This document shows positions 9,890 through 20,524 of a DNA stretch of 64,000 nucleotides, one piece after another (the first letter of the stretch is position 1; every line of letters begins with the position of its first letter). The notes beneath the pieces were generated by a model. That model was not told the origin of the DNA. It searched no databases and was given only the letters and a program-made list of their open reading frames with translations. The stretch spans positions 2,935 to 66,934 of the forward strand of contig PFKE01000065.1 of the NCBI GenBank assembly GCA_002784145.1, in the 5' to 3' direction. Origin of the DNA: Flavobacteriaceae bacterium CG_4_10_14_3_um_filter_33_47 (GTDB lineage: Bacteria > Bacteroidota > Bacteroidia > Flavobacteriales > Flavobacteriaceae). The position numbers and the translations under genes were made by a program.

Positions 9890-11350
9890 ATGAAAAACAT
9901 AAAAACATTAGGGGATCTTAAAAAATCAGGTTATAAAAGTAAATCGATTAAAGATGAATTAAGAGATAATCTCATTCATAAAATAAAGAATAAAGAAACT
10001 ACTTTTCAAGGGGTTCATGGTTATGAAAATACGGTTATTCCAGAATTAGAGCGAGCTATTTTATCCCGTCATAACATCAATCTTCTAGGATTACGCGGAC
10101 AAGCAAAAACAAGATTGGCTCGTTTAATGGTGAATTTATTGGATGAATACATTCCCTTTGTTGAAGGTTCTGAAGTTAATGACGACCCATTTAAACCCAT
10201 TTCTCGATTTGCTATTGAACTCATTAAAGAAAAAGGGGACGTTACACCCATTGCTTGGTTGCATAGAAGTGAGCGTTTTGCAGAAAAATTAGCAACACCA
10301 GATGTAACCGTGGCAGATATTATTGGTGATGTGGATCCTATAAAAGCAGCCAATTTAAAACTGAGCTATGCTGATGATAGAGTGATTCATTATGGTATGA
10401 TTCCACGAGCCAATCGGTCCATTTTTGTAATTAACGAGTTGCCCGATTTACAAGCAAGAATTCAAGTGGCGTTGTTTAATATTTTACAGGAAGGCGATAT
10501 TCAAATACGAGGTTTTAAAGTAAGATTACCATTGGATATTCAGTTTTTATTTACCGCTAATCCTGAAGATTATACCAACAGAGGAAGTATTGTAACACCT
10601 TTAAAAGATAGAATTGGGTCGCAGATTTTAACACATTATCCAGTTGATATTGAAACGGCCAGATTGATTACAGAACAAGAGGCCAGAGTCGTAGAAAGTC
10701 AAAAAAACAGGGTTGCTGTCCCAGATTTGGCTAGAGATTTATTAGAACAAATTGTATTTGAAGCAAGAGAAAGTGAACTCATAGATGCCAAAAGTGGTGT
10801 CAGTGCCCGTTTAAGCATTACCGCTTTAGAAAACTTGTTAAGTACGGCAGAACGTAGAGCCTTAAAAGCTGGTGATGAAAAAACCATGATAAGATTGAGT
10901 GACTTTGTGGGTATTATTCCCTCTATTACAGGAAAAGTTGAACTTGTTTATGAAGGTGAACAAGAAGGCGCTGCTGTTGTTGCTTACAATTTGATTGGTG
11001 AAGCTGTAAAAAGTTTGTTTGAAGAATTTTTTCCTAAAATAGAAAAATTGAAAGCTCAAGCACAAGAATCTCCTTATGATGATGTTGTTTCATGGTTTTT
11101 CAATCAAAAAGAAGGTTTTGAATTATTGGATGATCTTAGAGATAAAGAATACAAAAGTTTGTTAGATGCCATTTCACCATTAGATGATTTATTAGGAAAA
11201 CACCAACCAAAATTAGCTAAAGAAGATTCTTATTTTGTTAAAGAATTTGTGCTTTGGGCTTTGGTTGAATTTAAACAATTAAGCAAATTTAGATTTACTG
11301 AAGGAACACAGTTTAAAGATCCTTATGGAAGTTTTATTAGTGGGATTTAA
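9890..11350 (+). CDS. AAA+ ATPase, Mg-chelatase/MoxR-like
   Basis: Walker A variant GLRGQAKT, Walker B FVINEL, FTANP, sensor LKDRIGSQ. Confidence 0.85.
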   Translation: MKNIKTLGDLKKSGYKSKSIKDELRDNLIHKIKNKETTFQGVHGYENTVIPELERAILSRHNINLLGLRGQAKTRLARLMVNLLDEYIPFVEGSEVNDDPFKPISRFAIELIKEKGDVTPIAWLHRSERFAEKLATPDVTVADIIGDVDPIKAANLKLSYADDRVIHYGMIPRANRSIFVINELPDLQARIQVALFNILQEGDIQIRGFKVRLPLDIQFLFTANPEDYTNRGSIVTPLKDRIGSQILTHYPVDIETARLITEQEARVVESQKNRVAVPDLARDLLEQIVFEARESELIDAKSGVSARLSITALENLLSTAERRALKAGDEKTMIRLSDFVGIIPSITGKVELVYEGEQEGAAVVAYNLIGEAVKSLFEEFFPKIEKLKAQAQESPYDDVVSWFFNQKEGFELLDDLRDKEYKSLLDAISPLDDLLGKHQPKLAKEDSYFVKEFVLWALVEFKQLSKFRFTEGTQFKDPYGSFISGI

Positions 11351-11929
11351 TTACCAATCCCCTCTGCTTTTAATATTTTTAGCGCATAATTGAATGATTT
11401 CGATTGTGCGTTTTTTTCTGGTGTCTTCTCGCTTTGCTTGGTTTAGCCAATATAAATAGCTTTTTCTGTAAGATGGCGCAAAGTTTTGATAGTTATTAAA
11501 AGCTATTGGGTTTTCATCAAATTCTTTCTGTAAATCTTCTGGAATATTTCCATTTTCAACATCATCCAATTCATTCCAACTTCCATTTAACTTGGCTATT
11601 TTAATTTTATTTAAACCGGCATCATGCATTAAACCCAAAGATAATAATTCTTCGATATATCTTTTATTTAAAGCACTCCAAACACTTTTATGATTTCGCG
11701 GTGTAAAATATTGTCTGCGTTTTCCATTACCCAAACTTTTTACGGTTGAATCAATCCAGCCATAACACAAAGCCACTTTTACAGCTTCTTCCCATCGCAT
11801 GCTGTCGTTTTCATGGGCCACCTTATAAAAAATTAAATACACTCCTTTTATGGAATCATGGTGATTATGTAACCAGTTTCTCCATGCTTTATCTGTTTTA
11901 AAATATAGTTCAGGAGTTTCTTCAGGCAT
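11351..11929 (-). CDS. YdeI/OmpD-associated family protein
   Basis: EEAVKVALCYGWIDS, FTPR..KSVWSALNK, and a C-terminal SYRKSYLYWLNQAKR..TR domain. Confidence 0.85.
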   Translation of the reverse strand: MPEETPELYFKTDKAWRNWLHNHHDSIKGVYLIFYKVAHENDSMRWEEAVKVALCYGWIDSTVKSLGNGKRRQYFTPRNHKSVWSALNKRYIEELLSLGLMHDAGLNKIKIAKLNGSWNELDDVENGNIPEDLQKEFDENPIAFNNYQNFAPSYRKSYLYWLNQAKREDTRKKRTIEIIQLCAKNIKSRGDW

Positions 11930-13576
11930 TTATAATTTGGTTACATTCACATAGAAATCGCGATCTACTTTTAAAACGGTTTTGTTAGATTTTAAAGGCA
12001 TGGTTTTCCATTCGGATGAAGGAAATAGCCATTGCTCTTTATCATTAATAGTAATTTGAACAGGCATATCAAAATTATCGACTATATGAGTCCAACGATA
12101 TTTTAATTCTTTATTTTCAATGTTATATTCTAAATTAGGAATAGCTGTAGTTCTTAAATATTGATTGAAAAATGCTGTTAAATCTATACCAGATTCTGTA
12201 CTTATATAATTTTCAATTTGTTTAGTTGTAACGGTTTGATGATAAAAAGTTAGGTTAAGGCCTCGTAATATTTGACGCCACTTTTCATCATCTTCTATAA
12301 GTTGCCTAAGAGTATGCAACATATTGGACCCTTTGTAATACATGTCGCCAGAGCCTTCTTGGTTTACATTATATTGCCCAATAATGGGTTTGTCATTTTG
12401 AATATTTTGTCTGGTACCAATGACATAATCGGCTGATGCCTGTTTACCGTAATAGTAGTCTAAAAACAGGTTTTCTGAATAGGCCGTAAATCCTTCATGA
12501 ATCCACATATCAGCTATATCTTTGTAGGTTATATTATTTGCAAACCATTCATGGCCAGATTCATGTATGATGATAAAATCAAATTTTAAGCCCCAACCAG
12601 TGCCTGATAAATCATTTCCCAAATACCCTTTTTTATACTGATTTCCGTAGGTTACAGAGCTTTGGTGTTCCATGCCTAAATAAGGTACTTCAACAAGTTT
12701 AAACCCATCTTTGTAAAATGGATAGGGACCAAACCAATGCTCAAAAGCTTCCATCATTTTTGTGGCATCTTTAAAATGTTCTTTTGCCTTTTCAAGATTA
12801 TCTTTTAGTACGTAATAATCCATTGTTAAATTGCCACTTATACCATCATATACTTCTGAAAAATGTGCGTAATCACCAATATTTACATTGACGCCATAAT
12901 TGTTAATAGGATTTTTTACAACCCAATGATAGGTTTTAGTATCGCCATAATGTTTTATACTTCTAAGTCTGCCATTTGAAACATCCATTAAGTTTTTAGG
13001 AACGTTTACACTAATTAGCATACTATCTACCTCGTCGTACATGTGATCTTTACAAGGCCACCAAACACTGGCTCCAAGCCCTTGACATGATGTTGCAACA
13101 AAATCATTACCATGGCTGTCTTTACTCCAAGAAAAACCACCATCCCATGGAGCTCTTATGGCTTCTTTTGGCTGTCCTTCATAAAAAACTTGAAGTGATT
13201 TAACGGTACCTATGTTTTGAACACTATTCAATTTTATAAAATGTGCTTTACCTTCATGAGTCACGTTTAATTCTTCTCCATCTTGTATGACTTTAGTTAT
13301 TTTTAAAGGCGGTTGTAAATCTATTTGTAAATCTTTTTGTTCAGCAATGACCTTGTATTCAATGGTATTACTGCCTGAAATAAATTTTGAATCTGGTTTT
13401 ACTACAATATCTAAATGGTAATAGGTTAAATTCCACCATGAGCGTTCAGGAGTTATAGAGCCCCTTAAAGTATCTTGTTTGGTGAAGTTATTTTTTTCTG
13501 ATAAAAGATCTTGAGCTTGAATGTATCTCGTTTCAGAAATCAGCAAGATTATGAATGCTAATGTAAATTTTAACAT
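11930..13576 (-). CDS. secreted M1 family metallo-aminopeptidase
   Basis: Signal peptide, GMEHQ, HESGHEW...HEGF zinc motif. Confidence 0.9.
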   Translation of the reverse strand: MLKFTLAFIILLISETRYIQAQDLLSEKNNFTKQDTLRGSITPERSWWNLTYYHLDIVVKPDSKFISGSNTIEYKVIAEQKDLQIDLQPPLKITKVIQDGEELNVTHEGKAHFIKLNSVQNIGTVKSLQVFYEGQPKEAIRAPWDGGFSWSKDSHGNDFVATSCQGLGASVWWPCKDHMYDEVDSMLISVNVPKNLMDVSNGRLRSIKHYGDTKTYHWVVKNPINNYGVNVNIGDYAHFSEVYDGISGNLTMDYYVLKDNLEKAKEHFKDATKMMEAFEHWFGPYPFYKDGFKLVEVPYLGMEHQSSVTYGNQYKKGYLGNDLSGTGWGLKFDFIIIHESGHEWFANNITYKDIADMWIHEGFTAYSENLFLDYYYGKQASADYVIGTRQNIQNDKPIIGQYNVNQEGSGDMYYKGSNMLHTLRQLIEDDEKWRQILRGLNLTFYHQTVTTKQIENYISTESGIDLTAFFNQYLRTTAIPNLEYNIENKELKYRWTHIVDNFDMPVQITINDKEQWLFPSSEWKTMPLKSNKTVLKVDRDFYVNVTKL

Positions 13577-13578
13577 AA

Positions 13579-14913
13579 TTAGTTTCTTATTAATGAATTG
13601 GGAAAAACAACGGGGCTTTCAAAACCATTTTTACCAACAGATGCAATTCCAAAGAAAAAATTATCAATAACAATTCCATTTAGAGTAAACTCTAAAACAT
13701 CACCAACAAACCGACTATAATCCCAAGTTGGCGAGGTGGTGTCTCGCCAATAAATTTTATATCCAATGGCTCCATCTACTTGATTCCATTTAAATTTAGC
13801 TGAAGCTTCTACAATACCTCCAATAGCTACATTTTTTGGTGATGGTGGTGCCCATGCTAAACTAGCTAAATTTAAGGCATTCACAGCGGTTAGTTTTTTT
13901 GCATAATCAAAATTAACGTGTTCTATAACATCGCCATACTTGATACCATTTTCTTCTCTAATATCTTGATGTTGTTGCGTGTAGTTTTCGTGAGCTTCCA
14001 TAATACGAATGCCCGCAAAACCTAAATCGTTAAAAGGGCGATGGTGGCCACCACGGCCAAATCTATCTAATCTATAAACCATCATTGGGTTCATTTCTGG
14101 CATATAAGTTTTTACAGTTTTGTGAACATAACGAGCTAACTGACGAGAAATTCCATCGACTTCACCGCCATAAAAACGTCTCATTAGTCGTTCGTGTTCT
14201 GTTTCTGTAGGAGGAACAGGTTCAGAAAAAATCCTAAAGGTTCTGTTATCTATAATACCATCTACACCTTTAATGTTTCCTATCATATCATTGTTAAGAA
14301 TACCAATAATTTCCCAGTTCTTATCTTGTGCGTATTTAGCCAAACCAGCACCTCCAAATAAACCTTGTTCTTCTCCTGAGAGACCAACATAGATTATACT
14401 GTTTTCAAAACTGTATTTTGATAAGACTCTTGCTGCTTCCATAGTTCCAGCCATACCAGATGCATTGTCGTTAGCGCCCGGTGCTGCGGTTATAAAATCC
14501 ATGGTATCGCTAGCACGAGAATCTATATCGCCACTCATAATAATGTAACGATTGGGGTATTTTGTACCTTTTTGAACAGCTACCACGTTAACTATCCAAG
14601 CATCATGCGGTACACGACGATTTCTTTCTTTGGTGACAAAATCTTTTTGATAAAAAACATTTAAACAGTTATTACAATTTTTAGAGATAGTTTCAAACTC
14701 AGATTTTATCCAACGTCTTGCAGCTCCAATACCATTTGTGTTTGAAATGGTGTCACTAAACGTATTTCTGGTTCCAAAATCTGCAAGCGTTTGAATGTCT
14801 TTTGCAATTCTTTCTGATGAAACGCTATCAATGATTTGATAGAGATTAAGGTTTGTTTGTGAGATTATAAACTGAGTTGAGAGACCTAGGGTAAAAGCTA
14901 TTATTTTTTTCAT
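13579..14913 (-). CDS. secreted M28 family metallopeptidase
   Basis: GDIDSR, PGANDNASG, GEEQGL, LNNDMIG. Start set at ATG 14913 (MKKIIAF) because the upstream extension overlaps a terminator. Confidence 0.88.
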   Translation of the reverse strand: MKKIIAFTLGLSTQFIISQTNLNLYQIIDSVSSERIAKDIQTLADFGTRNTFSDTISNTNGIGAARRWIKSEFETISKNCNNCLNVFYQKDFVTKERNRRVPHDAWIVNVVAVQKGTKYPNRYIIMSGDIDSRASDTMDFITAAPGANDNASGMAGTMEAARVLSKYSFENSIIYVGLSGEEQGLFGGAGLAKYAQDKNWEIIGILNNDMIGNIKGVDGIIDNRTFRIFSEPVPPTETEHERLMRRFYGGEVDGISRQLARYVHKTVKTYMPEMNPMMVYRLDRFGRGGHHRPFNDLGFAGIRIMEAHENYTQQHQDIREENGIKYGDVIEHVNFDYAKKLTAVNALNLASLAWAPPSPKNVAIGGIVEASAKFKWNQVDGAIGYKIYWRDTTSPTWDYSRFVGDVLEFTLNGIVIDNFFFGIASVGKNGFESPVVFPNSLIRN

Positions 14914-14938
14914 TGATTTTTTTTCTAAAATAATAAAA

Positions 14939-14971
14939 AAAAGTGTTCTAAATTTAATTTGGAACACTTTT
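14939..14971 (-). terminator. intrinsic terminator of the beta-oxidation operon
   Basis: aaaagtgttctaaatt-t-aatttggaacactttt stem with flanking A/T tracts, just past the acyl-CoA dehydrogenase stop. Confidence 0.75.
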
Positions 14972-14994
14972 AAAGTTGAATTAGGTACTATATT

Positions 14995-16803
14995 TTAAAA
15001 ACAATATTTATTTTCTGTTTTAACTTTTTCTGCAATGGCAATTCTTAAATCTACAATGTCTGGGTAATTGGTATATTTAACAAAACGTTTAAGACCCATG
15101 AGTAACATGCGTTGTTCGTCTCCTTCTGCAAAAGAAATGATGCTTTCTTTTCCGTTTTTTTCAACGATTGAAACGGCATTGTATAAATATAATTTAGCCA
15201 TGGCTATTTGTACTTTTTGAGCCTCTTCTCCAAATCGTTTAACGTTTTTTTCAGTTCTTAAAATGGTAGATTCTGCTATGTATATTTCAATCAAAATATC
15301 TGATGCAGCAATTAATAGTTGTTGGTGGGCATCTAAATCGGGTCCAAATTTTTGAACGGCGGCACCAGCTACCATTAAAAATACTTTTTTAAGTTTTGCA
15401 ATCATGTCTTTTTCTTCTGAAAACAATTCAGAATAATCAGGCGTTTCAAAAGAAGGAATTCCCATTAATTCATTAGCTACGGCTGTTGCTGGTCCTAATA
15501 AATCCACATGACCTTTCATGGCTTTTTTAACCAACATACCTACTGAAAGCATTCTGTTTATCTCATTGGTGCCTTCGTAAATTCTTGCAATACGTGCATC
15601 TCTCCAGGCGGCTTCCATAGGGGTTTCTTCAGAGAATCCCATACCTCCAAAAATTTGGATGCCTTCATCGGCACAGTTTTGAACATCTTCAGATACTGCT
15701 ACTTTTAATATAGAACATTCAATGGCATATTCTTCAACTCCTTTTAGTTCTGCTTCTTGATGCGTATTTCCAGCGGCAACGCGTAATGCAATACGATCTT
15801 CAATGTTTTTGGCGGCTCTATAGCAAGCAGATTCACCTGCATAAGCGCTCGCACACATTTCGGCCAGTTTATATTTAATGGCTCCAAAATCGGATATAGA
15901 TGTTTTGAATTGTTTTCTTTCGTTTGCATATTGAACAGCGGTTGTTGTAATGCGCCTTTGAGAATCTAGACATGCCGCGGCTAATTTTATACGCCCAACA
16001 TTTAGAGCATTCATGGCAATTTTAAAACCATTTCCTCTTTCAGAAAGCATATTTTCTATGGGAACAACCGTATCATTAAAAAACACTTGACGTGTTGATG
16101 AAGAACGGATTCCTAATTTGTGTTCTTCTTCACCTAAAACAATGCCATTTGGGTTTTCTTTATCGAATTCTAAAATAAACCCTGTAATATTTTTATCGTT
16201 TTCAATACGAGCAAAAACAATCATTAGTCGACAAAAACCAGCGTTTGATATCCACATTTTTTGTCCGTTGATTTTATAACTTTTTCCATCTTCAGATAGG
16301 GTAGCAGTTGTTTTACCAGAATTAGCATCACTTCCTGCCCCTGGTTCTGTTAAACAATAAGAACCAAACCATTCACCCGTTGCTAGTTTTGGAATGTATT
16401 TTTGTTTTTGTTCTTCTGTCCCATATAATATTATTGGTAAGGTGCCAATGCCAGTATGAGCGCCAAAGGCCGTGCTAAAAGAGCCTGTTCCACTTGAAAT
16501 GTAGTCACATGTTAATAAGGTTGATACAAATCCCATGCCCAAACCGCCATAAGCTTCAGGAACAGCAACACTTAAAAAACCAAGGTCACCTGCTTTTTTC
16601 ATGCACTCTTCGGTTAAAGCATAATCTTTAGATTCAAATCGTGCTTTATTGGGAATAATTTCACGATCATTAAATTCCATTACCGCTTCTTTCATCATGT
16701 TTTGTTCTTCTGAAAAATCTTCGGGAGTGAATACATCTTCACATTGGGTTTCTTTTACAAGGAATTGGCCGCCTCTTAATAATTCTTTATTTGTTGTTTC
16801 CAT
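14995..16803 (-). CDS. acyl-CoA dehydrogenase
   Basis: YCLTEPGAGSD, NGQKMWISN, QIFGGMGF, RIYEGTNEI. Confidence 0.95.
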   Translation of the reverse strand: METTNKELLRGGQFLVKETQCEDVFTPEDFSEEQNMMKEAVMEFNDREIIPNKARFESKDYALTEECMKKAGDLGFLSVAVPEAYGGLGMGFVSTLLTCDYISSGTGSFSTAFGAHTGIGTLPIILYGTEEQKQKYIPKLATGEWFGSYCLTEPGAGSDANSGKTTATLSEDGKSYKINGQKMWISNAGFCRLMIVFARIENDKNITGFILEFDKENPNGIVLGEEEHKLGIRSSSTRQVFFNDTVVPIENMLSERGNGFKIAMNALNVGRIKLAAACLDSQRRITTTAVQYANERKQFKTSISDFGAIKYKLAEMCASAYAGESACYRAAKNIEDRIALRVAAGNTHQEAELKGVEEYAIECSILKVAVSEDVQNCADEGIQIFGGMGFSEETPMEAAWRDARIARIYEGTNEINRMLSVGMLVKKAMKGHVDLLGPATAVANELMGIPSFETPDYSELFSEEKDMIAKLKKVFLMVAGAAVQKFGPDLDAHQQLLIAASDILIEIYIAESTILRTEKNVKRFGEEAQKVQIAMAKLYLYNAVSIVEKNGKESIISFAEGDEQRMLLMGLKRFVKYTNYPDIVDLRIAIAEKVKTENKYCF

Positions 16804-16820
16804 GTTATAGTAATAGTTTT

Positions 16821-18011
16821 TTAATTTAAAAATTCAAAGATTCCACAAGCCCCTTGACCAGTGCCAACACACATGGTAACAGCCCCATATTTTCCACTCA
16901 TGTTTCGTTTACGCATTTCATCAAAAAGTTGAACTGATAATTTTGCTCCTGTACATCCAAGAGGATGACCTAAGGCAATAGCACCGCCGTTAACATTAAT
17001 GATGTCAGGATTCAATCCTAATTCGCGAATGACTGCTAGTGATTGAGATGCAAAAGCTTCGTTCAATTCAATCAACTCTAAGTCCGATTGTTGTAAACCT
17101 GCTAATTTTAATGCTTTTGGAATGGCTTTGACAGGACCAATGCCCATAATGCGAGGTTCTACACCTGCAGCTGCGTAATTTACTAATCGAGCAATGGGTT
17201 CTAAGTCTAATTCTTTCATCATAGTTTCACTCATAATCATAACAAAGGCAGCTCCATCACTTATTTGTGAAGAGTTTCCAGCTGTGACACTTCCACCGGC
17301 AGCAAAAACCGAAGGTAACTTTGCTAAGGCTTCTTTACTTGTTCCAGCACGTGGTCCTTCATCTTTATTAACCGTATATTTTTTAGTGGTTTTTTTACCA
17401 TTTTCGTCTATATAGGTTTGTTCAACTTCAATAGGTACAATTTGATGTTGAAAACGATTTTCAGCTTGCGCTTTTAGGGCTTTCATGTGTGAATGATAGG
17501 CGAATTCATCTTGGTCTTCCCGGGATATTTTAAACTGGTTAGCAACCGCTTCAGCAGTATTTCCCATGCCCCAATAATAATCTTCATGACCTGCTTTTAC
17601 TGTATTGTAATTTAATTCGGGCTTAAAACCTGTCATGGGTACAGCACTCATGCTTTCAGCGCCTCCAGCAATGATACAATGAGCCATTCCTGCTTGAATT
17701 TTTGCCGATGCCATAGCTATGGTTTCCACGCCTGACGAGCAAAACCGATTAACGGTTACACCAGGAACATCTACAATGTCTAATCCCATTAAGGATATTA
17801 AACGAGCAATATTTAAACCTTGCGAGCCTTCTGGCATGGCATTGCCAACTATTACATCGTCAATGCGTTTTGGGTCTAGATTTGGCAATTCTTTCATCAT
17901 GTATTTGATGGTTTCGGCAGCCAATTCATCAGTTCTTTTAAAACGGAACACGCCTTTTGGTGCTTTACCAACGGCTGTTCTGTATGCTTTTACTATATAT
18001 GCTTGTTTCAT
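16821..18011 (-). CDS. fadA: acetyl-CoA C-acyltransferase (thiolase)
   Basis: [28 protein letters not shown]. Confidence 0.95.
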   Translation of the reverse strand: MKQAYIVKAYRTAVGKAPKGVFRFKRTDELAAETIKYMMKELPNLDPKRIDDVIVGNAMPEGSQGLNIARLISLMGLDIVDVPGVTVNRFCSSGVETIAMASAKIQAGMAHCIIAGGAESMSAVPMTGFKPELNYNTVKAGHEDYYWGMGNTAEAVANQFKISREDQDEFAYHSHMKALKAQAENRFQHQIVPIEVEQTYIDENGKKTTKKYTVNKDEGPRAGTSKEALAKLPSVFAAGGSVTAGNSSQISDGAAFVMIMSETMMKELDLEPIARLVNYAAAGVEPRIMGIGPVKAIPKALKLAGLQQSDLELIELNEAFASQSLAVIRELGLNPDIINVNGGAIALGHPLGCTGAKLSVQLFDEMRKRNMSGKYGAVTMCVGTGQGACGIFEFLN

Positions 18012-18020
18012 AATTTGTGT

Positions 18021-18104
18021 GCTTTTGGCTATTAGCTTTTGGCTTCTAGCATCCCTAATTGTTTATTAAAATGAGCCATTAGCTAATGGCTAAGGGCAAG
18101 TAGC
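18021..18104. repeat. intergenic degenerate heptamer repeat element (GCYAAAA type), two arms
   Basis: On the coding (minus) strand: gctactt-gccctta-gccatta-gctaatg-gctcatt, a spacer, then gctagaa-gccaaaa-gctaata-gccaaaa-gcacaca before the thiolase ATG. Confidence 0.75.
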
Positions 18105-18113
18105 TTATTAATT

Positions 18114-20507
18114 TTAATTACGTAATGGTTTCCCTGTTTTTAACATATGTTGAATGCGCTCTAAGGTTTTACGTTCGGTGCATAAACTTAAAAAGGCTTC
18201 GCGTTCTAGGTCCAGTAAATATTGTTCGCTTACTAAAGTGGGCTCCGATAAATCGCCACCAGCCATTACGTAAGCTAATTTATTGGCTATTTTTTGGTCA
18301 TGTTCACTAATGTAATGAGCAGCTTCCATAGAATCTGTTCCTACTAAAAACATGCCTAAAGCTTGTTTTCCTAATACTTTAATATCTTTTCGTTTAGCTG
18401 GTTGGGTATAACCTGCTTCTGCCATAAGTTTAGCATACCTTTTTGCTGTGGCAATTTGCCGATCTTTATTAACGACGACGACATCTTTTCCTTTTTGTAA
18501 AACGCCCATATCGAAAGCTTCATAAGCTGAGGTGGCCACTTTTGCCATACCAATGGTTAAAAAGTAGTCTTGTAAAGTATTTAATTCTACATCGCCTTTT
18601 CTGAAAGTATCTTGAGCTCTTAAAGCCATTTCTTTAGAACCGCCACCACCAGGAATAACGCCAACACCAAATTCTACTAAACCAATATAGGTTTCTGCTG
18701 CTGCAACTACTTTATCGGCATGCATGGATAGTTCGCAACCACCACCAAGGGTCATTCCATGAGGTGCAGAAATGGTTGGAATGGAAGAATAGCGCATACG
18801 CATCATGGTATCTTGAAAATATTTGATGGCCATGTTAAGTTCATCGTATTCTTGTTCAGCAGCCATCATGAAAATCATACCAATATTGGCACCAACCGAA
18901 AAATTAGCACCTTGGTTTCCAACAACTAATCCTGCAAAATCTTTTTCGGCCAAATCAATAGCTTTATTAAGACCTGCTAAAACGTCGCCACCAATGGTAT
19001 TCATTTTACTTTGAAATTCGCAGTTTAAAATACCATCGCCTAAATCTTCAATAACAACACCAGAATTTTTCCAAACTTCATTGGATTTTCGAATATTATT
19101 TAAAATGATAAAGGCATCTTGTCCAGGAATTTTTTCTTGTGATTTTTTCGGAATGTCGTAGGCATAGGTTGCGCCTTCTTTTACGGTATAAAAAGATTTA
19201 TTTCCTGATGTAAGCATTTCGGTAACCCAAGAATTAGGTGTAAACCCTTCAGCTTTCATTAATTCAATGCCTTTTTGTAAACCTATGGCATCCCAAATTT
19301 GGAATGGGCCATGTTCCCAACCAAAACCTGCTTTCATGGCATCATCTATTTTGTAGAGTTCGTCTGAAATTTCAGGGATTCGGTTTGATACATAGGCAAA
19401 CATTGCGGCGAAATTCTTTCGGTAGAAATCACCTGCTTTATCTTTTCCAGATACTAAAATTGGGAATCGGTCAATGACTTTATCAACGGTTTTAGTAAGT
19501 TCGAGTGTTGCAAAATTTGCTTTTTTGTTGGTTCTATATTCTAAGGTATTTAAATCTAAAGACAGGATGTCTTTGCCTACTTTTTTATAGAATCCTTGTC
19601 CTGTTTTGCTTCCTAACCATTTATTTTCCATCATGGTTTTAATGAAATAGGGAAGTTTAAACAGCTCATGCGCTTCGTCATTAGGGGAATTATCGTAAAT
19701 GCCGTTTGCAACATGCACTAAAGTGTCTAGACCAACTACATCAACGGTTCTAAAGGTTGCCGATTTAGGGCGACCAATAACAGGACCTGTTAATTTATCG
19801 ACTTCTTCAATGGTTAAATTAAGTTCTTTAACTTGATGGAATAAACTTTGAATGCCAAAAATACCTATACGATTTCCAATAAAAGCTGGGGTGTCTTTAG
19901 CAATGACCGAGGTTTTTCCTAAGAATTTTTCACCATAGTCATTTAAAAAATCTAAAACATCTTGAGAAGTTTTTGTACCTGGAATGATCTCGAATAATTT
20001 TAAGTAACGAGCAGGATTAAAAAAATGGGTTCCACAGAAATGTTTTTGGAAATCGTCGCTACGGCCTTCGCTCATAAAATGAATGGGAATTCCGGACGTA
20101 TTTGAGGTGATTAAAGTACCAGGAGTTCTGTGTTTTTCAAGGTTTTCAAAGACCTGCTTTTTAATGTCCAAACGTTCCACAACGACTTCCATGATCCAAT
20201 CCACATCCTTTACTTTGGCAACATCATCTTCTAAATTACCAGTAGTAATTCTGCTTGCAAATGATGGGTGGTAAATAGGCGAAGGTTTCGATTTTAATGA
20301 TGCCGTAAGCGAATCATTGACTATGCGATTTCGAACGGCTCTGTCGTTTAAAGTTAGGCCTTTTGCTTTTTCTGCATCGTTTAGGTCTCTTGGAATAATG
20401 TCTAATAATAACACATCAACACCAATATTAGCAAAATGACATGCAATACCGCTACCCATTATGCCGGAACCAATAACCGCTATTTTTTTAATTCTACGTT
20501 TATTCAT
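18114..20507 (-). CDS. 3-hydroxyacyl-CoA dehydrogenase / enoyl-CoA hydratase (FadN type)
   Basis: GSGIMGSG Rossmann motif, SNTSGI, HFFNP, and a C-terminal crotonase domain (FSVGAN, GGGCE, GVIPGGGG). Confidence 0.95.
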   Translation of the reverse strand: MNKRRIKKIAVIGSGIMGSGIACHFANIGVDVLLLDIIPRDLNDAEKAKGLTLNDRAVRNRIVNDSLTASLKSKPSPIYHPSFASRITTGNLEDDVAKVKDVDWIMEVVVERLDIKKQVFENLEKHRTPGTLITSNTSGIPIHFMSEGRSDDFQKHFCGTHFFNPARYLKLFEIIPGTKTSQDVLDFLNDYGEKFLGKTSVIAKDTPAFIGNRIGIFGIQSLFHQVKELNLTIEEVDKLTGPVIGRPKSATFRTVDVVGLDTLVHVANGIYDNSPNDEAHELFKLPYFIKTMMENKWLGSKTGQGFYKKVGKDILSLDLNTLEYRTNKKANFATLELTKTVDKVIDRFPILVSGKDKAGDFYRKNFAAMFAYVSNRIPEISDELYKIDDAMKAGFGWEHGPFQIWDAIGLQKGIELMKAEGFTPNSWVTEMLTSGNKSFYTVKEGATYAYDIPKKSQEKIPGQDAFIILNNIRKSNEVWKNSGVVIEDLGDGILNCEFQSKMNTIGGDVLAGLNKAIDLAEKDFAGLVVGNQGANFSVGANIGMIFMMAAEQEYDELNMAIKYFQDTMMRMRYSSIPTISAPHGMTLGGGCELSMHADKVVAAAETYIGLVEFGVGVIPGGGGSKEMALRAQDTFRKGDVELNTLQDYFLTIGMAKVATSAYEAFDMGVLQKGKDVVVVNKDRQIATAKRYAKLMAEAGYTQPAKRKDIKVLGKQALGMFLVGTDSMEAAHYISEHDQKIANKLAYVMAGGDLSEPTLVSEQYLLDLEREAFLSLCTERKTLERIQHMLKTGKPLRN

Positions 20508-20524
20508 TATTATAAGCTAATTAT

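Noticed and set aside
9816-18104. Heptamer elements as CRISPR or REP/IS ends
   Set aside because: There is no repeat-spacer alternation, no cas or transposase gene, and the units are 7 nt and degenerate.
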